DNA of 34,011 nucleotides from a bacterium (GTDB taxonomy: Bacteria > Zhuqueibacterota > Zhuqueibacteria > Oceanimicrobiales > Oceanimicrobiaceae). Position 1 is the stretch's first letter, and each line of letters starts with the position of its first letter. Of the stretch, positions 1 through 7,228 are shown piece after piece. The translations under genes were made by a program, and so were the position numbers. Location of the stretch: the NCBI GenBank assembly GCA_046758365.1, contig JBHIAC010000020.1, forward strand, positions 1 through 34,011. The letters are read 5' to 3'. The notes below the pieces were generated by a model that worked only from the letters and a program-made list of their open reading frames with translations, was not told where the DNA came from and did no database searches.

Positions 1-270
1 GATGAATCGTTCCGGAATTTCCTGTCGGATGAATCATTCAGGAATCTGATGTCAGATGAATCGTTCCGGAATTTCCTGTCGGATGAATCGTTCCGGAATC
101 TCATGGCAGATGAATCGTTCAGAAATTTGATGTCAGATGAATCGTTCCGGAATTTTCTGTCGGATGAGTCGTTTCGGAATTTTCTGTCAGATGAATCATT
201 CAGGAATTTTCTGTCAGATGAATCGTTCCGGAATCTGATGGCAGATGAATCGTTCCGAAATTTATTGTCT
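1..270 (+). repeat. 27-bp tandem coding repeat, 10 copies
   Basis: Units begin at 1, 28, 55, 82, 109, 136, 163, 190, 217 and 244, each starting GATGAR TCR TTY MGR AAT. There are no spacers between units. Confidence 0.97.
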
Positions 271-279
271 CGAGAATAG
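1..279 (+). CDS. 3' part of a tandem-repeat protein (10 x 9-aa DESFRN[FL][LM][SA], ending RE-stop); 5' end lies outside the window
   Basis: Frame +1 is open from base 1 to TAG 277-279. Variation between copies in the DESFRN part is synonymous (tcg/tca, cgg/agg/aga/cga, gaa/gag, ttc/ttt), indicating selection on the protein. The ORF-track start at 49 is an internal Met. Confidence 0.85.
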   Translation, partial: DESFRNFLSDESFRNLMSDESFRNFLSDESFRNLMADESFRNLMSDESFRNFLSDESFRNFLSDESFRNFLSDESFRNLMADESFRNLLSRE

Positions 280-467
280 ATTACATCATGGCCTGGGGTT
301 TTCAATAGTTCATGAAAAGAACTAGCGTAAACTTGTGATCGAGCCAGCATAACCAGTTTCTGTTGCAAAGAGAAAGAATCAGTTTGTGTTGTCGATTATT
401 CCCTGTAAGCGGAAGGACATTTTTTACAACAAAAACTACGTAGGCAACAAAGTAAGTTCGATTTGAG

Positions 468-507
468 AAAAGGAGATGTGATAGCCATCACTATTACATC
501 TCCTTTT
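468..507 (+). terminator. Strong stem-loop, probable intrinsic terminator or attenuator between the repeat gene and the peptidase gene
   Basis: aaaaggagatgtgatag (468-484), loop ccatca, ctattacatctcctttt (491-507): 17-bp stem with one G-U pair, ending in a T run. Confidence 0.7.
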
Positions 508-537
508 GCTGTTATTCGGAAGAGGGAGGACTATGAG

Positions 538-3522
538 ATGAAATCCAAATGTATTTTGTGCTTGTGGGCACAGCTCCTGCTGCTGTTCTTTGCTTCTGAT
601 AACTTTGCACAGTTGTATTCCCTTGAAACAAAGAATTTACGCTTAATTTACCTCACCAAAGCACATGAATACGTAGTACCCCATCTCGCACGTTGTTTTG
701 AGAATGCTTTGAGATTTCATCGCAACCTTTTTGACTATACACCAACAGAAAAAGTAACCCTCTTGTTGGAGGACTTTGGAGATTATGGGCATGGTGCGGC
801 GAGGCCTTTTCCTAAGAATTTCATGAGGGTTGGTATCGCACCTTTCTTCTACGTTTATGAGGCCTTCCCTGCTAATGAAAGAATGAATTGGCTCATGAAC
901 CATGAGTCAACTCACATTGTGGCCAGTGACAAGAGCTCCAAAACCGATAATTTTTTTCGATCGCTTTTTGGGGGAAAGGTCTATGCAACCACCGAGAATC
1001 CCATCTCAATGATTTACGGCTATCTAACCAATCCACGGTGGTATTCTCCACGTTGGTTTCATGAGGGGATTGCGGTTTTCATGGAGACTTGGATGGCTGG
1101 TGGTCTGGGACGCGTTCTTGGTGCCTATGATGAAATGGTGTTCAGGACCATGGTGCGCGATAGCAGCTATATATACGACATGGTAGGGTTAGAGTCGGAA
1201 GGCACGACCATCGATTTTAGAGTCGGCGCAAATTCGTATCTTTATGGAACCCGGTTTATAAGCTATCTAGCCAACAAGTATGGTCCCGAAAAATTAATAA
1301 AATGGATTTCCCGCACCAATGACAGCAAAGCATATTTTGCCTCACAGTTTAAACGTCTATATGGTGCTTCGCTTGATGACGAATGGTCTCGTTGGATCGA
1401 ATCGGAGCACGAATGGCAACGAGCAAATCTGGACTCCATACGAAAGTATCCCACCACCCCTTATCGTCCACTAACTAGGAGAACCCTTGGTCATGTCTCT
1501 CGTGCATACTATGATTCCAAGACTAGGAAAATCTACTCTGCGGTGAGATACCCTGGACAAATCGCCCATATCGCAGCCATTGATATCGAAACAGGAAAGA
1601 TAAAAAAGATCCACGACATAAAAGGAGCTGCTCAATATTACGTTACCTCACTGGCATACGATCCTTCCTCTGCCACGTTGTTTTACACTACGGATAATAA
1701 CAAGTGGCGAGACCTTAATGCTCTAAGCATTAAGACAGGAAAGTCGAGGAGGCTCATCAAAGATGTTAGAACGGGCGACCTTGCCTTCAATCAGGCTGAT
1801 AAATCCATTTGGGGGGTGCGACACTTAAATGGTATATCTACCTTAGTTAGAATTCCTCATCCATATAAAGAATGGGAACAAATCTATTCTTTCCCTTATG
1901 GAAAAGATATTTTTGATATTGATGTTTCACCCGATGGTTCAACGGTTACTGCAGCCTTAGCTGAAGCTGATGGATCTCAGCGACTTATCAAAATGGATGT
2001 TGAAAAGCTTCTCAAAGGCGATAATTCTTATGAGGTTTTTTTTGATTTCGAATTAAGCACTCCCGCAAATTTCGTTTTTTCAAGTGACGGCAAGTATCTC
2101 TTTGGTTCTTCCTATTATTCTGGTATATCAAATATATACCGATATGACCTTGAAGTAGAGGATATGAATATAGTCAGTAATTGTGAAACCGGCTTTTTCA
2201 GACCGATTCCTATATCAAATGATTCATTAATTGTATTTCGTTATACAGAAAAGGGATTTGTTCCAGTGATGATTCCGAGTCAATCCCCTGAGTATGTTAG
2301 CGCGATTAATTTCTTAGGAAACGAAATTGCGAATAAGTACCCAATTGTTAGATCCTGGACGCAGTCCTCACCAACACTAATTAACATCGATTCACTTACC
2401 ACCTTCTCTGGTCGATATAGCACATTGGGCAACATGAGCCTTGTGTCAGCTTTTCCAATAGTTGAAGGGTTCAAGGACTTTGTCGCCATTGGTATGAGTG
2501 CTAATTTTTTAGATCCACTCGGACTGAGTGGTTTTGATGTCACAACTTCCTATTCGCCGGATGGAGACCTGCCCAGTGATGAAAGAGTACATTTAAAATT
2601 TAATTTTCATCATTGGGATTGGAAAATTAGTGCTACCTATAATGGTGCCGATTTTTACGATTTATTTGGGCCGACTAAAAGGAGTCGAAAAGGATATTCT
2701 TTAGGGCTCAAATTTAAAAAAAACTTGCTATTCGACGAACCCAAAAGTTTGGATTTCAATATTAGAGTTACAGGGTATGGCAATTTAGAGAGATTGCCGG
2801 ATTTTCAGAATGTAGAGACAAAAATTGGGGATATTATCTTTGATAAGCTTTTGTCAGTAAGAACAAGTTTAAATTATCAATTTATACGGAAATCACTTGG
2901 TGCGGTGGATGATGAAAAAGGCATTAGATGCCAACTGGAGGCAAGCAGTAATTACGTCAACTCAGAGATATACCCGCGGGCACATTTTGACTTTGACTAC
3001 GGAATTTTGCTTCCAATCAATCATTCCTCAATCTGGTTGAGAACTTCAGCGGGATACTCATTTGGCGACCGCGATAATCCATTTGTGAACTTCTTTTTCG
3101 GCGGCTTTGGGAACAATTGGGTGGATTACTTAACCGAAAAACGTTATCGTGAATACTACAGCTTTCCAGGTGTGGAAATCAATGACTTTGGCGGTAAAAA
3201 TTATGGCAAAGTAATGCTTGAATGGAATTTACCGCCAATTCGCTTTCGTCGTTTTGGTTTTCCAGCCTTATATTTTAACTGGACACGCATCGCCCTTTTT
3301 ACTTCAGGTATTAGGACTAATTTTGATAGTAAAGGAGGTATAAAACCTCTTTCTCAATTTGGTGTAAGAAGAACTCTTATAAATGTTGGTGGGCAGGTAG
3401 ATTTTAGGCTTGTACTGTTTTCACATCTTGAGTCAACATTCTCTCTTGGATATGCTGCTGCCTTTGAGGAAAATCAACCGCTAGAAAAAGAATTTATGAT
3501 TTCGTTAAAAATTTTAAAATGA
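538..3522 (+). CDS. Exported/outer-membrane protein: gluzincin-like (peptidase MA) metallopeptidase domain, TolB/WD40-like beta-propeller, putative C-terminal beta-barrel
   Basis: SD GGAGGA at 525-530 precedes ATG 538, whereas the ORF-track TTG 463 start runs through the hairpin. Signal peptide MKSKCILCLWAQLLLLFFASDNFA; HExxH (NHESTH) plus downstream WFHEGIA; propeller-type motifs (LAYDP, IDVSPDG, VFSSDGKYL); aromatic alternating beta-strands in the last ~360 aa. Confidence 0.75.
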   Translation: MKSKCILCLWAQLLLLFFASDNFAQLYSLETKNLRLIYLTKAHEYVVPHLARCFENALRFHRNLFDYTPTEKVTLLLEDFGDYGHGAARPFPKNFMRVGIAPFFYVYEAFPANERMNWLMNHESTHIVASDKSSKTDNFFRSLFGGKVYATTENPISMIYGYLTNPRWYSPRWFHEGIAVFMETWMAGGLGRVLGAYDEMVFRTMVRDSSYIYDMVGLESEGTTIDFRVGANSYLYGTRFISYLANKYGPEKLIKWISRTNDSKAYFASQFKRLYGASLDDEWSRWIESEHEWQRANLDSIRKYPTTPYRPLTRRTLGHVSRAYYDSKTRKIYSAVRYPGQIAHIAAIDIETGKIKKIHDIKGAAQYYVTSLAYDPSSATLFYTTDNNKWRDLNALSIKTGKSRRLIKDVRTGDLAFNQADKSIWGVRHLNGISTLVRIPHPYKEWEQIYSFPYGKDIFDIDVSPDGSTVTAALAEADGSQRLIKMDVEKLLKGDNSYEVFFDFELSTPANFVFSSDGKYLFGSSYYSGISNIYRYDLEVEDMNIVSNCETGFFRPIPISNDSLIVFRYTEKGFVPVMIPSQSPEYVSAINFLGNEIANKYPIVRSWTQSSPTLINIDSLTTFSGRYSTLGNMSLVSAFPIVEGFKDFVAIGMSANFLDPLGLSGFDVTTSYSPDGDLPSDERVHLKFNFHHWDWKISATYNGADFYDLFGPTKRSRKGYSLGLKFKKNLLFDEPKSLDFNIRVTGYGNLERLPDFQNVETKIGDIIFDKLLSVRTSLNYQFIRKSLGAVDDEKGIRCQLEASSNYVNSEIYPRAHFDFDYGILLPINHSSIWLRTSAGYSFGDRDNPFVNFFFGGFGNNWVDYLTEKRYREYYSFPGVEINDFGGKNYGKVMLEWNLPPIRFRRFGFPALYFNWTRIALFTSGIRTNFDSKGGIKPLSQFGVRRTLINVGGQVDFRLVLFSHLESTFSLGYAAAFEENQPLEKEFMISLKILK

Positions 3523-3580
3523 TTTAACTAATTGTGGTTTCCCAAATTAATTGAAATTTAAAGTTTTGAATTAATATATA

Positions 3581-4606
3581 GTGAATCTTCTTAGCCTTCA
3601 ACACCTGATTAGAATAATTGTCAGTTTACTTCCAGTATTTATATTCCTAACCGTATTAATTTTTTTAGATAGCTACAAATTGGTAAAATTACGTTCTGTT
3701 TTGCAAACCATTCTTGTAGGTTGCCTCGTTGCCGCACTTTGTTTATTCATTAATAGTTGGTTATCAAAACTGCTATCATTGGAATTTAAATTGTATACTA
3801 GGTATGTGGCGCCAATTACTGAGGAGCTGTTAAAAGCAATTTATATTGTTTATTTGATTAAATCAAAAAAAGTTGGATTTATGGTGGATGGAGCGATTTA
3901 TGGGTTCGCCATAGGTGCTGGGTTTGCTTTTATCGAAAATATTTTTTATTTGCAAACTATACAAGATTCCAATATTTTAATTTGGATAATTCGTGGTTTT
4001 GGCACAGCCGTTATGCATGGTGTAACAACGGCTATTTTTGGTATTATTTCTAAGAATTTGTCTGATCGTAATTCTTCAGAAAATGTACGCATATTTTTGC
4101 CTGGTCTGGGAATAGCTGTTTTAACGCATTCATTCTATAATCATTTTTTCCTGCCACCATTAATAATTACAGTAAGTTTTTTAATCGCCCTGCCTTTACT
4201 GATAATCATTGTTTTTGAGCAAAGTGAAAAAGCCACCCAGAATTGGTTAGGCATTGGATTCGATACAGATATGGAATTGTTAGAAATGATAACCACCGGC
4301 AAAATTTCAGAAACAAGAATTGGAATGTATCTTCAATCCCTTAAGAGTAGTTTTCCCGGTGAAGTTGTTGCTGATATGTTGTGTTTGTTACGCATTCACT
4401 TAGAATTAGCCATAAGAGCCAAAGGTATTTTATTGATGCGACAAACTGGCTTTAAATTTACTTCAGATCCAGAAATAAAAGAAAAGTTTGCTGAATTAAA
4501 ATATTTAGAAAAAAGCCTTGGAAAGACAGGCAAATTGGCCATATTACCATTTCTTCATACAAGTAGCCGCGATCTCTGGCAATTATATATGTTAGGTAAA
4601 AAATAA
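3581..4606 (+). CDS. PrsW-family glutamic intramembrane protease with a ~120-aa C-terminal extension
   Basis: Multi-TM protein with PrsW motifs APITEELLK, GAGFAFIEN, MHG and HSFYN. Confidence 0.85.
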   Translation: MNLLSLQHLIRIIVSLLPVFIFLTVLIFLDSYKLVKLRSVLQTILVGCLVAALCLFINSWLSKLLSLEFKLYTRYVAPITEELLKAIYIVYLIKSKKVGFMVDGAIYGFAIGAGFAFIENIFYLQTIQDSNILIWIIRGFGTAVMHGVTTAIFGIISKNLSDRNSSENVRIFLPGLGIAVLTHSFYNHFFLPPLIITVSFLIALPLLIIIVFEQSEKATQNWLGIGFDTDMELLEMITTGKISETRIGMYLQSLKSSFPGEVVADMLCLLRIHLELAIRAKGILLMRQTGFKFTSDPEIKEKFAELKYLEKSLGKTGKLAILPFLHTSSRDLWQLYMLGKK

Positions 4607-4693
4607 AGCCACCTGAAGACCTTCCGAAATTTGCAATTCTTTGTGTGATTTCCTCAATGCTCTTCGTTACCATTTTGTTCAAAAATTGATAAA

Positions 4694-4798
4694 ATGACGT
4701 AGGTGCAAAAAGGTTAGGGAGCTAAAAATCTTAAGATGTAAATATTGAAATTACGATTGCTTAAAGTTGAAATTATCCTGTTATTGCACCAACGTCAT
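4694..4798. mobile_element. 105-bp MITE-like element bounded by inverted repeats
   Basis: atgacgtaggtgcaa (4694-4708) / ttgcaccaacgtcat (4784-4798), 14/15 inverted match. Flanking 10-mers aattgataaa and aattgaacaa match 8/10, possibly a decayed TSD. Confidence 0.5.
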
Positions 4799-4813
4799 AA
4801 TTGAACAAATTGG

Positions 4814-4842
4814 TTGACAATCTTATCATATATTGTTAATTT
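4814..4842 (+). promoter_or_regulatory. Sigma70-type promoter for the GAF-SpoIIE gene
   Basis: TTGACA (4814-4819), 17-nt spacer, TAATTT (4837-4842), with TGn extension. Confidence 0.6.
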
Positions 4843-4966
4843 TATGGTTCAAAGCGAAAGCTATAACTCACCACGGAGTTGCATGGTTTTGCACAGAATG
4901 TAATGAATCATGGGCAAATTTCTATAAGGTAAAACTTTTTTATAAAACTTATTAAGGAGCTTAATT

Positions 4967-6274
4967 GTGTCCACAACTAAAAAGACTAAAAAAGAAGATT
5001 TAAAAAAGTTACAAGAAGAGAATGAACGTCTTAAGAAATCTATTGAGGATCTTTGGACTATAAATCAGTTGGCAAGAATAATAAGCTCCACGATGCCAGT
5101 AAATCAGATTTTGGACAAAGTCATTTCCGTTTCTGTTAAAGCAATCGGTGCAGAACAAGGTACCATTTCTCTACTTGAAAAAAAGAGGAGCGAAGCTCCC
5201 TTTAAAACGTTAGTAAGAAAGGTGGATAGTTCTAAAATTGATACAAAATATCGTTTGGATGAAGATTTAAGCGGATGGATGTTAAAAAATCGAAAACCTC
5301 TGGTCATTAACGATATAAGCACAGATGATACCTTTCAAGTACAGCATGCTCTAGCAAAGGGAATACACTCCATATTAAGTGTCCCATTAATGTGTAAAGG
5401 CAAACTTATAGGTGTCGTTAATTTGTTTAATAAAAAAGAAGGTGGAAAATTTTTGAAAGGAGATCAGCGATTATTATCCATTATTGCGTCTCAATCAGCT
5501 CAGGTGATTGAAAATGCCAGACTGTATGAAGAAGAAAAGCAGTTAAGGAATTTTGAACAGGAATTGAAAATGGCCCTTGATATCCAAATTGGGCTTCTTC
5601 CCAAGGAAAGTCCTCAAATTGGTTGTATTGATTTAGCAGGAAAGAGTATACCGGCCAAGGTAGTCGGTGGTGATTACTTTGATTTTATCGAGCTCGGTAG
5701 TAATCGATGGGGAATAGCTTTAGGTGATGTTTCAGGAAAAGGCATTCCTGCGGCTTTTTTGATGTCCAATTTACAAGCTACTTTGAGGGGGCAAGCATTA
5801 ATAAATCCATCAATTAAAGATTGTATAGCAAAAGCCAATTATCTTTTATATAGTAACACAGAGCCCGATAAATTTGTAACCCTATTTTACGGTGTCCTCA
5901 ACTGTAAAAATAAAACTCTGAGCTATGTTAATGCAGGACATAATTACCCATATTTATTAGATAATCAAGGAAAATTTAGTCCCTTAGAAATCGGTGGATT
6001 AGTGATGGGTATGTTTCCTGAGTATCCTTTTGAAGAAGGTCACATTCAGTTAAATTCTGGAGAAATCATCGTCATTTATTCAGATGGTGTTACCGAAGCT
6101 GAAAATGAGCAGGAAGAGCTGTTCGGAGAAAAAAGATTGGAACAAATTGTTAGGCAATATAATCATTTAAGTGCAAATGAAATTATTGAAAAAATTTGTG
6201 AATCCGTTAAAGAATTTACAGGCGCAGCTTTGCAAGATGATGATATTACTTTAGTCGTTTTAAAAGTATTGTGA
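4967..6274 (+). CDS. GAF domain + SpoIIE/PP2C phosphatase (RsbU-like)
   Basis: N-terminal coiled coil; GAF (LSVPL..GKLIGVVNL, IENARLY); PP2C motifs VGGDYFD, GDVSGKG, NAGH, YSDGVTEA, DDITLVV. SD AAGGAG precedes the GTG start. Confidence 0.92.
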   Translation: MSTTKKTKKEDLKKLQEENERLKKSIEDLWTINQLARIISSTMPVNQILDKVISVSVKAIGAEQGTISLLEKKRSEAPFKTLVRKVDSSKIDTKYRLDEDLSGWMLKNRKPLVINDISTDDTFQVQHALAKGIHSILSVPLMCKGKLIGVVNLFNKKEGGKFLKGDQRLLSIIASQSAQVIENARLYEEEKQLRNFEQELKMALDIQIGLLPKESPQIGCIDLAGKSIPAKVVGGDYFDFIELGSNRWGIALGDVSGKGIPAAFLMSNLQATLRGQALINPSIKDCIAKANYLLYSNTEPDKFVTLFYGVLNCKNKTLSYVNAGHNYPYLLDNQGKFSPLEIGGLVMGMFPEYPFEEGHIQLNSGEIIVIYSDGVTEAENEQEELFGEKRLEQIVRQYNHLSANEIIEKICESVKEFTGAALQDDDITLVVLKVL

Positions 6275-6367
6275 GTAAGTAGCAGTATACAAATTAGATA
6301 ACAATTCAAGAGATCTGGTCGAAAACCAACTATTTAGCTCCGTTAAGCGCCCTCACTCATAAATTCA

Positions 6368-6509
6368 TCCGGATAATGGATACTTTTGGTAACAATTTAG
6401 TTATTTGACAGGATTTACATGATCAACACAATAAATTAATGAGATATAGCCTGTCAATCAAAAGCCGCACAGCTATGATTTATATGATAAAAAGTACTCA
6501 TTTTCCGGA
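6368..6509. repeat. Nested imperfect inverted-repeat element (MITE-like relic)
   Basis: tccggataatggatactttt (6368-6387) / aaaagtactcattttccgga (6490-6509), 17/20. Inner pair ttgacagg (6405-6412) / cctgtcaa (6450-6457). Confidence 0.45.
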
Positions 6510-6609
6510 AGAGCCTTATTTTATTTAAAGATTATACAGACATCCCAGTTCAGAGCGGCCTACATTATAAAATCTAAAAAAAGTTATACTAATCAGATTA
6601 ATATTATCG

Positions 6610-6679
6610 CCAACTGATTAAACCCAACAGATTCTGGAACTAAATTTATTAAAATCAGTTGGGTTCTTCTATCTGTTGG
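6610..6679. repeat. Four copies of CCAACWGAT (two direct, then two inverted)
   Basis: ccaactgatt 6610-6619, aacccaacagatt 6621-6633, aatcagttgggtt 6653-6665, atctgttgg 6671-6679. Confidence 0.6.
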
Positions 6680-6761
6680 AAATTAAATAATTGAGCTTCA
6701 ATAAAATTTAGCTGATTTGTTTGCATAATCATTTTTTATTTTAAAAAAATCAATTTTTTTC

Positions 6762-6805
6762 TTGCATTCTACTAAATTATTCATTATATTACTAATAAAT
6801 TAGTA
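6762..6805 (+). promoter_or_regulatory. Promoter with overlapping palindromic BlaI-type operator
   Basis: TTGCAT (6762-6767), 17-nt spacer, TATATT (6785-6790). Inverted repeat TACTAAT-AA-ATTAGTA at 6790-6805, plus a half site CTACTAA at 6769-6775. Confidence 0.65.
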
Positions 6806-6826
6806 GACTTAAATTCAGGAGCATTT

Positions 6827-7228
6827 ATGCAAAAACATAAAAGATTAGCTGAAGCCGAATGGGAAATCATGAATGGCGTATGGCAATTCAATAAATCGGT
6901 CACGGTTAGAGAGATCCATCAACATCTTTATCCTGAAAAGGAGAAGGCGTATACAACTGTGCAAACAATTATGAATATTTTGGTTGATAAGGGGTTTTTA
7001 AGAAAAGAAAAAATCGGTATGGTAAATTTTTATTTTCCAACCATATCAAAAGAGTATTTTGCTAAACAGGAAACTCGAACTCTGGTTTCACGTATTTTTC
7101 AGGGGTCTTTTGGTGCTCTTGTAAATTATTTGGTTGACTCTGGGGAACTTTCCCAAGATGAATTAAATCGCCTAAAAGACCTTATTCAATCTAAAGAAGG
7201 CGATAAAGATGTCGGAGGTAAATCATGA
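6827..7228 (+). CDS. BlaI/MecI/CopY family transcriptional repressor
   Basis: LAEAEWEIMNGVW, AYTTVQTIMNILVDKG, FQGSFGALV and LSQDEL motifs; ATGA overlap with the downstream M56 gene. Confidence 0.95.
   Translation: MQKHKRLAEAEWEIMNGVWQFNKSVTVREIHQHLYPEKEKAYTTVQTIMNILVDKGFLRKEKIGMVNFYFPTISKEYFAKQETRTLVSRIFQGSFGALVNYLVDSGELSQDELNRLKDLIQSKEGDKDVGGKS

Noticed and set aside
1..270. CRISPR array
   Set aside because: Units are contiguous 27-mers without unique spacers, variation is largely synonymous in an open frame, and no cas genes are present.
463..537. N-terminal extension of the 1019-aa ORF from TTG 463
   Set aside because: It overlaps the hairpin; a better SD and the signal peptide start at ATG 538.
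4967..6274. GAF-SpoIIE phosphatase as part of the repeat/PrsW system
   Set aside because: It is separated by 360 nt containing a MITE-like element and its own consensus promoter; linkage is unsupported without synteny data.
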